Origin: Senegalimassilia sp. | GTDB lineage: Bacteria; Actinomycetota; Coriobacteriia; Coriobacteriales; Eggerthellaceae | Assembly (NCBI GenBank): GCA_963619015.1 | Contig: CAVEUW010000003.1 | Span: forward strand, 2,640 to 66,639 | Direction: 5' to 3' | DNA length: 64,000 nucleotides | Shown: piece after piece, positions 41,692 to 50,362 of the stretch | Position numbering within the stretch: position 1 is the stretch's first letter | Layout: the number at the start of each line of letters is the position of its first letter | Position numbers and translations under genes: made by a program | The notes under the pieces: generated by a model | Databases searched by the model: none | Seen by the model: the letters and a program-made list of their open reading frames with translations, nothing else | Told to the model about the DNA's origin: nothing

Positions 41692-42459
41692 CTAACAGGC
41701 TTCCTGTTTAAGTTCGCTAGCAAGAAGAGCGGCTCCTATTGCGCCCGCAAAGCGCGCTTGCTCACAGGTTGCGACAGGCGCGTTAAGCTGAACTGAAAGC
41801 TGTTCGCAAAAATAGTTGTTATCACACAAACCGCCAGTTAAGAAGTACTGCTTCGCGGGAATTTGCCCCACAAGGACAGCAACGCGTTTTACCACTGAAG
41901 CAATAATTCCATTCGCGATATTCTCTCGTGGCTCTCCGCGCCCGACAAGCGAGATAACCTCAGACTCCGCAAACACCGTGCACATATTTGAGATTTCTGT
42001 TGGGTTGCCAGCTTGTGCCATGCGCGACAATTCCTCTTGAGAAACCCCCAGTCGATCAGCCATAATCTCAAGAAACCGACCGGTTCCGGCAGAACATTTA
42101 TCATTCATTACAAACTTCATCACACGACCACCGCGAAGACTTATTGCCTTAGTGTCCTGCCCACCAACGTCTACAACGGTACCGTCTGCTTGAAACAGAA
42201 AGTCAGCACCACGGCCATGGCAAGTGATTTCAGTAACTACTTTTGTCGCATACGGCACAGAAACGCGACCATAACCAGTAGCAACAACGGGATGCTCTTC
42301 CACAGAAAAACCTGCATCAGCTAAACGCCCACACGCCTCTTCAGCAGCAGCAACGCTTGAATAACCTGTCGGCATAATAAAGGTTTCGACAACTTCGTTA
42401 TTCTCAACAACTGCTACCTTTGTAGCAGTTGAACCAATATCGATACCAATTCCAGCCAA
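41692..42459 (-). CDS. ASKHA ATP-dependent [4Fe-4S] activator/reductase (HgdC/YjiL/DCCP-R family)
   Basis: GIDIGSTATK, TGYGR, TEITCH, DVGGQDTK, MNDKCSAGTG, CTVFAESE. TTG start after SD GGAAGG. Confidence 0.92.
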   Translation of the reverse strand: MAGIGIDIGSTATKVAVVENNEVVETFIMPTGYSSVAAAEEACGRLADAGFSVEEHPVVATGYGRVSVPYATKVVTEITCHGRGADFLFQADGTVVDVGGQDTKAISLRGGRVMKFVMNDKCSAGTGRFLEIMADRLGVSQEELSRMAQAGNPTEISNMCTVFAESEVISLVGRGEPRENIANGIIASVVKRVAVLVGQIPAKQYFLTGGLCDNNYFCEQLSVQLNAPVATCEQARFAGAIGAALLASELKQEAC

Positions 42460-42666
42460 TGAAAACACCTTCCAAATCGTTAGGTTCAAGACTATCAGAT
42501 GCCATCAAAGACAGCCCAATGAACTAGAGAAACGGTATATTTGCCCATACAAATACAAGGCATTTGAACTCACCTGTTGTGGGATTTGCCCATCAGAGCA
42601 AACCAATGTGCTCTGATATACTTTCATACGTTGTATAGGAAAGCAAAATACCAGCAAAGAGGTGAA

Positions 42667-43764
42667 ATGAGCGAAACGAGCCACATAAGCAACGGTCCTG
42701 AAAACGACGGTGACCGAATCAGGCTCACGCTTCTCACCGACAAAGGTGGTTGAGCTGCGAAATGGGGTCCGGGTGATCTCACGGAAATATTGAAAAACAT
42801 TACGCCAGCCGACATGTTTGACCCCAACATTCTGCTCGGATTCGACACTGCCGACGATGCCGCTGTGTACAAAATCGACGACAACAATGCTGCTGTGTTA
42901 ACGCTCGATTTCTTTACTCCGGTCGTTGACGACCCGTACGAATACGGAGCCATTGCTGCAGCCAATGCACTTTCCGACGTCTTCGCTATGGGTGCCCGAC
43001 CAGTGACAGCTCTTAACATCCTGGCATTCCCAAGCTGCCTTGGTAAAGAGGTGGTTGGAGAAGTTTTGCGCGGAGGCGCAGATAAGGTCCGCGAAGCTGG
43101 TGCGTTTGTTGTCGGCGGCCATTCCATCGAAGACGACGAACCAAAATACGGGCTTTCCGTATTTGGTCTGGTAGACCCTAAAAAACTTATCCGTAATGGC
43201 GGCGCTTTACCTGGTGATGCACTGTATTACACAAAAACGCTCGGCACCGGAATTATGAACGCAGCACTTCGCGCGAAACTAAAAAGTGAAGAGGAATTGC
43301 GTCCGGTTATTGATTCTATGATGGAGTTGAACAAAGCAGCTTCTGAGGCCGGTATCGCCGCTGGCATGCGTGCGTGTACCGACGTAACCGGGTTTGGACT
43401 GGCAGGGCATTTACACGAAATGGTCGAGGCTTCAGCTTGTGCCGTACGTATCAGTTGGGACGCCATTCCCCTATTTGACGGCGTATACGAACTCTCATGC
43501 GATTACTGCCGTCCAGGTAAAACGTTTGGAATCATAGACTGGGCAACTGAGTTTGTCGCACAAGGCAGCCTTGATGATTTCGAATTCGACAACCGTATGG
43601 GCGTGCTCTGCGACCCGCAAAGCTCAGGGGGGCTACTTATCGCCATACCTCCGGAAAACGTCGAGATTTTCGAGAAAGAGTTCGAACGCCTTTGCGGACG
43701 CACAGCAGCCCGCATCGGCGAATTTATCGACGGCAAGCCAGGGACTATCCAAGTTGAGTGGTAA
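42667..43764 (+). CDS. selD: Selenophosphate synthetase, selenocysteine-containing (Sec29, TGA at 42751-42753)
   Basis: ATG 42667 (SD GAGGTG) reads MSETSH...RLTLLTDKGG-TGA-AAKWGPGDL in frame with the track ORF 42790-43764 (DDAAVY, DFFTPVVDDP, TDVTGFGLAGH, DPQSSGGLL). The TGA sits at the catalytic Cys/Sec position. Confidence 0.96.
42763..42781 (+). promoter_or_regulatory. Putative bacterial SECIS hairpin of selD
   Basis: TGGGGTC-CGGGT-GATCTCA; 16 nt separate the UGA from the loop, which has G as its second base. Confidence 0.7.
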
Positions 43765-43775
43765 ACATCAGATTC

Positions 43776-43806
43776 AAAAAAGCCTGGTCAAATGACCAGG
43801 CTTTAT
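43776..43806. terminator. Bidirectional terminator between selD and the DUF3343 gene
   Basis: AAAAAAGCCTGGTCA-AA-TGACCAGGCTTTAT between convergent genes. Confidence 0.82.
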
Positions 43807-43830
43807 AATTACTTCGGACAAGTCGAACAA

Positions 43831-44070
43831 TTAATATAGATCAACTACAAAAAGCGCGGCAAAGACAAGATTATTGTCTTGCAAAGCTGAAAGTAAAGTT
43901 TCCTTCCCCTTAAGGGGAACAGACCACGCAAGGCCGCAACCTGCACTAACTTCGGAGGGAACTGGAATTACCCGCCCCGGAACTTTACCCGCATCAGCAG
44001 CAGTTTGTACTGCCATTGCATCAGCAGTGTTATCGAAGGTTAAAACCGCGTGAGGAGTTTTCTTACGCAT
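43831..44070 (-). CDS. DUF3343-family protein (putative S/Se carrier)
   Basis: VLTFDNTADAM...GRVIPVPSEVSAGCGLAW. Start re-assigned to MRKKTP. Confidence 0.85.
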   Translation of the reverse strand: MRKKTPHAVLTFDNTADAMAVQTAADAGKVPGRVIPVPSEVSAGCGLAWSVPLKGKETLLSALQDNNLVFAALFVVDLY

Positions 44071-44083
44071 GCAAGGAAAACCT

Positions 44084-44680
44084 CTACGGGCGAACAACAA
44101 CGCGTGCGTTCAGTTGCTTTTCAACGATGACGTACATGTTGGTGACCTCACCGACGGCAAGCTTTTCAGTAAGCCCATAGTGATTCAAGCACGTGCCGCA
44201 GGAATAAATCTCAACTCCGGCTTCAGCAAGCTTTTTCAAATCTTCAAGCGCAGGGCTTCCCTCACACGTCAGCTTCACACCGCCGTTGTATGCAAGAATA
44301 GTTTGCGGGAGTTCGTCTTGCTGAGTCAGTGCGAACACAAACGCCTTCGCAAGCGTTGCACCGAGTTCATCGTCTCCTGAGCCCATAAACTCACTAGAAA
44401 GCACGACAACCTTGTCACCAGCAGGGATAAGCTCGCCACAGCTAGACTCTGCAGGTGCTTCGTCACCCGTCTTTGTAAACGTCACAGCAAAGTTTTGTGC
44501 ATCACGCACATCTGATGAAGTTGCAATCTTAAGCGACTTGCCAAGGTTTTCCAGATTATGCATAGCCGTCTCATTGTCGACGAGGACCTCAAGTTCACCC
44601 GCACCCATTTCCGCAAGCGCCTTCTTCGCGCGAACGACAGGAATCGGGCACGCCTCTCCTCGAGCATCAAGCTGTTCCAC
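44084..44680 (-). CDS. yedF: Sulfurtransferase-like selenium metabolism protein YedF (TusA/SirA + DsrE-like domains)
   Basis: LDARGEACPIPVV, MGSGDDELG, YNGGVKL, SCGTCLNHY, VGEVTNMY. Confidence 0.9.
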   Translation of the reverse strand: MEQLDARGEACPIPVVRAKKALAEMGAGELEVLVDNETAMHNLENLGKSLKIATSSDVRDAQNFAVTFTKTGDEAPAESSCGELIPAGDKVVVLSSEFMGSGDDELGATLAKAFVFALTQQDELPQTILAYNGGVKLTCEGSPALEDLKKLAEAGVEIYSCGTCLNHYGLTEKLAVGEVTNMYVIVEKQLNARVVVRP

Positions 44681-44813
44681 TTTTAACTCCTTTCATGCAG
44701 CGCTAGCTGCGACTAGGCAAATTGACCTTCAAATTGCCATTTGACTAATACCGGTCACCGGTTTACACCGACTAGTAAATGCTGTCATCAAATCCTACAG
44801 CGCAAATATAACC

Positions 44814-46022
44814 TTACAGCATCTCAATGAAAGCTGCTAAGCGCGTTTCAATCTGGCCAGAATCGTTCGTCGAATAATCGGTCTCGAGTTTCATGTACGG
44901 CACTCCAGCCTCTTCGCAAGCAGCGGCCACCTTCACTGACTCGATATTGAAGGTATGGCAGGCTTGTAATACAACTTCGACAACACCATCAACCTGGTAC
45001 TTCTTGACCATGCCCATCATATTCTCGATACGACCCTCATTCGGTGACATAACCGAGCAATTGATTGAAAGATAACGGTCGGAAATTGCGCGCAAGATAT
45101 CGGGGGCATCAGGGTCAACCAGCATAGACTGAGTGCGCTCGCCTGAGCAATCGTCAAGAGCCACGATAACGCCACCAGCCCTCTCAACCGTCATGCCAAC
45201 CTTCTGAATAACACCACCAGTCGGACACCCCGTAAGCATGATACGTTTGGCACTTGCCGAAATCGGACGCTCACCTGCCTCGTAGGCACTACGACGCTTC
45301 TCGGCAAGATCTTCAAGTGTTTTTGCATAGTCATCGACATTAAAGCTGAACGTCGCCTTCAAAAGCGTTGCCATCATCTCTACGCCGCTCATCGCAGGAG
45401 GGACTTGAGCTTGCAATTCGTACAGACTACACATCGCGCGACGAACGCGGTTACGCTTGCGAACAGCTTCACGCATAGCCTCGTCGGTAATTTCAACGTT
45501 GAAGCGATTCTCAAGTTCGGCTTTCAGAAGCTTCGCTTCCTCGTACCACACATCACCTGCGTAACTACGCGTGCGACTTTGCGGTAGCTGCATCACGTGC
45601 ACCGGCTTGATGTCTGAGAGCAACTCGTACATCTTTTTCTTGCCGTCACAGGTTGTCTCTCCAAGCACCATGTCGGAGAAGTACGTGAAAGGACACTTGT
45701 TTGTAAGCGCAAATCCATAGGTGCCCTTGATAAGCGGACAAAGATTTTTCGGCAACACCGTTTCGGCATCAGGAATGGTTTCGTTGTTCATACCACAAAG
45801 CCCAACGGCGGCAACACCAGCGGCATCAAGCAACTCAAGCGGACTGTATGAACACAAATAGCCAGCAAGCTTGCCGCCTTTCTGCTTGTAATTCATTGCA
45901 GCAACAAAGCTTGCACGGCGCGCCTCGTCAAACGATTCGTAAATGGAAGGAAGATCTGTTGGAACGCAAGGTTCGTCAGACTCGGAAGATTTAGAAACCT
46001 CGGTTGAAATATTTTCTGACAT
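44814..46022 (-). CDS. Double-cubane-cluster anaerobic reductase (YjiM/DCCP; 2-hydroxyacyl-CoA dehydratase-like fold)
   Basis: [65 protein letters not shown]. Confidence 0.88.
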   Translation of the reverse strand: MSENISTEVSKSSESDEPCVPTDLPSIYESFDEARRASFVAAMNYKQKGGKLAGYLCSYSPLELLDAAGVAAVGLCGMNNETIPDAETVLPKNLCPLIKGTYGFALTNKCPFTYFSDMVLGETTCDGKKKMYELLSDIKPVHVMQLPQSRTRSYAGDVWYEEAKLLKAELENRFNVEITDEAMREAVRKRNRVRRAMCSLYELQAQVPPAMSGVEMMATLLKATFSFNVDDYAKTLEDLAEKRRSAYEAGERPISASAKRIMLTGCPTGGVIQKVGMTVERAGGVIVALDDCSGERTQSMLVDPDAPDILRAISDRYLSINCSVMSPNEGRIENMMGMVKKYQVDGVVEVVLQACHTFNIESVKVAAACEEAGVPYMKLETDYSTNDSGQIETRLAAFIEML

Positions 46023-46227
46023 ACATCTGCCCTTTCTCGTCTGGAATACAGAAATACGACCAAGTGGTTGTACAGCAGAAGGTTTAGTAGGGGCAGAAAT
46101 GCTAAACCGCAGATGAGTATAGCACCACTCATCTGAAGAGTTACCTCCTGAGCAGGCGAATAACTGATTATTCGGATATACTACAAGTTCGAAATCATCA
46201 AGTTCGCTTGTCTATGGAAGAGGATAT

Positions 46228-47799
46228 ATGCCAGGGAAACCTAACACCGAAGCGCTCAGAACCCTTCCCCAGGTCGAAGAGCTGATGCACGCACCACAGC
46301 TTGAGGCGCTCGAACCACTTATCCCCCGTCCGATTCTTGTCGATTGCGCACGCGAGGCTATTGAAGCAACTCGTAGCAAAATTCTTGACGGCTCAGCAAC
46401 TTCAGCAGATAACACTGCAATAGCCGATGCCGTCTGCACAGCAGCGCTCGCAAATTTGCGACCCTCACTTCGCCGAGTTATCAACGCAACCGGCGTGATT
46501 ATCCACACGAATCTTGGCAGAAGTGCGCTTGCTGAAAGTGCTGTTGATGCGGTTGTGGAAGCTGCGCGGGGCTATTCGACGCTTGAATACAACACCGATG
46601 AGATGCAGCGCGGAAATCGAAATGAGCATATCGAGCATTTACTGAAATCGCTTACCGGCGCTGAAGCAGCCATAGCAGTCAACAACAATGCTGCTGCCGT
46701 CATGATGGTGCTTTCCGAATTCGCCTCAGGACATGAGGCTATTGTTAGCCGTGGTGAGCTTGTTGAAATCGGCGGCAGTTTCCGCATTCCCGACATCATG
46801 GCACAGTCGCATGCGCACATGGTGGAAGTTGGCACCACGAATAAAACTCATGCACTCGATTACGAACGAGCAATAACACCGCAAACAGCAATGCTGCTGA
46901 AGGTTCATCCGTCCAATTACCGTATGATTGGCTTTACCGAGAGCGTTTCAAAAGAAGAGCTTCGACATATCGCCGATGCAGAAAACGCACGTCGAAGTGA
47001 ATCGTCTGAGTGTTCTGGCGACGCCGGGACTACAACAAGCACGGCGAATATTCCTGTTCTTGTATACGAAGATCAGGGTTCTGGTGCCTTCGAAAAGTTA
47101 ACCGTCTTTGGTCAATACGCCGAGCCAACGGTTCGCGAATCACTTGCCGCTGGTTGCGATCTTGTGTCGTTTTCCGGGGACAAACTGCTCGGTGGGCCTC
47201 AAGCAGGAATCATCGTTGGTCGAAAAGACCTGATAAGCCGACTAAAAAAGAACCCGCTTGCACGAGCGCTACGCTTAGACAAGATGACGCTTGCTGCCCT
47301 TGAGGCAACACTTCGCCTGTATCTCGATCACGAGCAAGCACTCAAAGAAATCCCCACGCTTCGCATGCTTACTGAAAACGCTGACGTAGTTCAATTGCGC
47401 GCCGAAAAACTCAGCAAGGCAATTCGCAAAAACGTTACTACTAAGCAGGCACAACTTGAAGTTGTGCAAGAAATTGGGCGCGCTGGCGGCGGTGCGCTTC
47501 CTATGTGCGACATTGATACCTACTGCGTACAAGTAACGTTTAGGTGCGGAAATGCTCAAGAGTGCGAGACTTTCCTTCAACAAAAACGCACCGTGCCTGT
47601 CATCGGACGCATCAAGAAAGAGTCAGTGCTCTTCGATGCACGAACAATAAACGAAGACGACATTGCCGAGATTGCTAGTGCTATGAAAGCCTACTTCGAG
47701 CATATTCCCAATAATCAAAAAGGTGCACAGAACGCCTCGTCCAGCAAATCACCAACGGCGAAATCGGCGAAATCGGCGAAAACATCAATGAAGGCGTAG
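46228..47799 (+). CDS. selA: L-seryl-tRNA(Sec) selenium transferase
   Basis: VINATGVIIHTNLGR, VNNNAAA, ELVEIGGSFRIP, EVGTTN, FSGDKLLGGPQAG. Confidence 0.96.
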   Translation: MPGKPNTEALRTLPQVEELMHAPQLEALEPLIPRPILVDCAREAIEATRSKILDGSATSADNTAIADAVCTAALANLRPSLRRVINATGVIIHTNLGRSALAESAVDAVVEAARGYSTLEYNTDEMQRGNRNEHIEHLLKSLTGAEAAIAVNNNAAAVMMVLSEFASGHEAIVSRGELVEIGGSFRIPDIMAQSHAHMVEVGTTNKTHALDYERAITPQTAMLLKVHPSNYRMIGFTESVSKEELRHIADAENARRSESSECSGDAGTTTSTANIPVLVYEDQGSGAFEKLTVFGQYAEPTVRESLAAGCDLVSFSGDKLLGGPQAGIIVGRKDLISRLKKNPLARALRLDKMTLAALEATLRLYLDHEQALKEIPTLRMLTENADVVQLRAEKLSKAIRKNVTTKQAQLEVVQEIGRAGGGALPMCDIDTYCVQVTFRCGNAQECETFLQQKRTVPVIGRIKKESVLFDARTINEDDIAEIASAMKAYFEHIPNNQKGAQNASSSKSPTAKSAKSAKTSMKA

Positions 47800-47807
47800 G
47801 TGAAGCC

Positions 47808-49730
47808 ATGGGCGAAGCAATCAACCTTTCAACACCTGACCTGATTTTAGGCACTGCAGGCCATATCGATCACGGCAAATCAACACTCGTTCATGCTCTC
47901 ACTGGCACCGACCCCGACCGACTCGCCGCCGAAAAAGAGCGCGGCATCACAATTGAACTGGGGTTTGCCAAGCTAGAACTCCCAAGCGGTATACACATGG
48001 GAGTTGTTGACGTACCTGGCCACGAACGTTTTGTACGCCAAATGATTGCCGGCGCTACGGGTGTTGACATTGCTCTTCTATGCATTGCTGCTGATGACGG
48101 CATAATGCCTCAAACCGAAGAACATCTTGCTGTCTTAACGTTGCTCGGAGTACCGAAACTCGTCGTAGCACTAACGAAATCCGATTTAGCAGACGAAGAA
48201 TGGCTTGAAGTTATCGCAGATGACATTCGCGAGCGACTCAAAAGCACACCTTATGCGAATTCACCCATCGTTTCCGTCTCCGCGCGAACAGGCGATGGGA
48301 TTGACAACCTAAAAGCTGCACTCGATAAGGCAGCAAGTCAAACACACCGTAGCCGTACCGAGGGAGCATTCCGCCTGCCTGTAGATAGGTCATTTGCTAT
48401 CAAAGGTGCAGGAACGGTCATTACTGGCACATTATGGTCCGGCGTCGTAAACGTCGGTGACGAAGTTGAAATATTGCCTGCAGGAAAACTTTCGCGCGTG
48501 CGTTCTATCCAGGTACATAATCAGCCAGTTGAATCCGCAGGTCCAGGTCACAGAACTGCGCTTAACCTTAATGGCGTCTCGACTGACGAGGTGCGACCGG
48601 GCGACTTTTTATGCACGCCGGGAAGCCTTACCCCCAGCGATCATTTCGATGTGGAATTCACCTATCTCGGGCTTCCGGGTTCTACAAAGCCACTTCAAAG
48701 CGGTTCTCGCGTACATGTGGCGCATGGTACGAAAGAAGTTGTCGGGCGCATTTTGCTTATGGACGATAACAGTATTGCTCCCGGCACGACTGCGCTCGCG
48801 CAAATTCGCACAGAAGGCGACCTTTCCGTCGCACGCAGTGACCGATTCATTATTCGCTCGTATTCTCCAGTGTTCGTTATTGGTGGCGGTCAGATTCTGC
48901 GCGCTCACCCACGACGCTCGACGAACCTTTCCGACGGCGAGCAAAAGCTAGTCGAAGCACTTCAATCGAACGACAACACACGTGCTATACAAGCGGTTAT
49001 CGAATCTGCAAGTATCCCGCTCGGCGTTGACGAGGTTGCTAACATGGTTGGGCTTTTACCCGATCAAACAAGAAACGAGCTTACAAACCTGACAAAAGCA
49101 GGCGCTATCACACAAATTGGCGAAGCCTTTGCCACAAAATCGCTCATACAAAAACTTACGAGCAAAATTGAAAACACCCTGATGAAATATCACTCAGCAA
49201 ACCCGCAGGCCACCGGTATGTCAAAAGGCGCCCTTATTGCGGCTGTATGTCCGAAATGTCCTGAAGCAACCTTCAATGCTGTTCTTGAATATGCCTGCAA
49301 ACAAGGAAAAGCTGTTTTTGCTGAAGGAGAAGTAAGCCACCCAACCGAAGGCGCAGGCGCCCGAAAGCTTGAAGAACAAGCTGCCGAGAAACTTTCATCT
49401 GCGCTAAAAGCTGCCGGAAGTACGCCTGCTTTCGCCAAAGATCTTATTGCCGAAGCCGGGCTTACTGCACAGGCTGGCTACAAAGCCTTTGGCAAACTAG
49501 AAGCCACTGACAGAGCAGTCAAGGTGAATAACGATTTGTACTTTGATGCCACTGTATTTAAACAGTTTGAACAAGCACTTCGAACTAAGCTTGCAGACGG
49601 TCCTGCAAGCGCGGCCGACTTAAAAGACGCAATGGGCACCAGCCGCAAATACGCAATCCCGCTGCTAGAGTATTTTGACAGCATTGGTATCACTCGACGC
49701 GTCGGTGACGCTCGCGAACTTATTAGCTAA
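47808..49730 (+). CDS. selB: Selenocysteine-specific elongation factor
   Basis: GTAGHIDHGKS, RGITIELGF, DVPGHERF; C-terminal winged helix GTSRKYAIPLLEYFD. Confidence 0.96.
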   Translation: MGEAINLSTPDLILGTAGHIDHGKSTLVHALTGTDPDRLAAEKERGITIELGFAKLELPSGIHMGVVDVPGHERFVRQMIAGATGVDIALLCIAADDGIMPQTEEHLAVLTLLGVPKLVVALTKSDLADEEWLEVIADDIRERLKSTPYANSPIVSVSARTGDGIDNLKAALDKAASQTHRSRTEGAFRLPVDRSFAIKGAGTVITGTLWSGVVNVGDEVEILPAGKLSRVRSIQVHNQPVESAGPGHRTALNLNGVSTDEVRPGDFLCTPGSLTPSDHFDVEFTYLGLPGSTKPLQSGSRVHVAHGTKEVVGRILLMDDNSIAPGTTALAQIRTEGDLSVARSDRFIIRSYSPVFVIGGGQILRAHPRRSTNLSDGEQKLVEALQSNDNTRAIQAVIESASIPLGVDEVANMVGLLPDQTRNELTNLTKAGAITQIGEAFATKSLIQKLTSKIENTLMKYHSANPQATGMSKGALIAAVCPKCPEATFNAVLEYACKQGKAVFAEGEVSHPTEGAGARKLEEQAAEKLSSALKAAGSTPAFAKDLIAEAGLTAQAGYKAFGKLEATDRAVKVNNDLYFDATVFKQFEQALRTKLADGPASAADLKDAMGTSRKYAIPLLEYFDSIGITRRVGDARELIS

Positions 49731-49839
49731 TCGCCGCAAATACCGTCCTTTTACAAAATTGTTACTGCAAAGATAACAAACTACGATACTATGCACCGTG
49801 GTCAAAATATAAGCCTACGAATTGCTGTTATTAAATAAT

Positions 49840-49936
49840 GGAGATGGATGGGTCCTGGTGGGCCCCGCGGCCTTCAAAGCCGTTGTGAGGCGCGCAGAAC
49901 GTCTTGGGTGTGTTCGATTCGCACGCATCTCCGCCA
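49840..49936 (+). tRNA. selC: tRNA-Sec (anticodon UCA)
   Basis: GGAGATG/CATCTCC acceptor with G73-CCA, 6-bp D stem GGGTCC-TGGT-GGGCCC, anticodon loop CTTCAAA (TCA at 49874-49876), long variable arm, T arm GTGTG-TTCGATT-CGCAC; directly after selAB. Confidence 0.96.
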
Positions 49937-49945
49937 AACAGTTGT

Positions 49946-49970
49946 AAGCCCCAAATTATGGGGCTTTTTT
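49946..49970 (+). terminator. Rho-independent terminator after selC
   Basis: AAGCCCCA-AATTA-TGGGGCTT-TTTT. Confidence 0.85.
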
Positions 49971-50287
49971 GATTCCCTGCATCGCTTTCCCAACACGGGA
50001 ATAACTACAACGCAAATCGCGAGACTGACCAACTTTGCGAAACGCTCTCTTCAAAACCCTATCGAGGAATAAACTGCGCCGTCACACCAACCAGTGCTAC
50101 CGCCATAATCATCACGAAAATCGAGATTATCAGCCTGTAGCGAAAGCACTTATGGTAGGCAAAGGCTCTGTTTGAATCATTAGCTGGCTGCTAATGCCAG
50201 GTGTCCATCAAAGTACCCTCGAAGAAAATCGATTACATATACAATGAAAGCATACGTTGCTCCAAGAATGTCAAGGAGGTAATAAAG

Positions 50288-50362
50288 ATGCTCTCAATCA
50301 TCCTGTATATCTTGTTTTTCCCGATCATAGTTATTTTTGATGTACTGAAAATGATGAAATAA
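50288..50362 (+). CDS. 24-aa hydrophobic peptide MLSIILYILFFPIIVIFDVLKMMK (type I toxin-like)
   Basis: Below the ORF-track cut-off. Strong SD AAGGAGGT 7 nt before ATG; one hydrophobic helix with a Lys-rich end. Confidence 0.65.
   Translation: MLSIILYILFFPIIVIFDVLKMMK

Noticed and set aside
44814..46022. Classical 2-hydroxyacyl-CoA dehydratase of amino acid fermentation
   Set aside because: Single subunit with the Cys-rich YjiM/DCCP pattern; no partner subunit or CoA-transferase nearby.
46148..46157. CTGAGCAGGC, resembling the 5' end of a NiCo riboswitch
   Set aside because: The downstream GCCGG and CAACAG elements and the four-way junction are absent.
49848..50072. 74-aa ORF in the track
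   Set aside because: Overlaps tRNA-Sec and its terminator.
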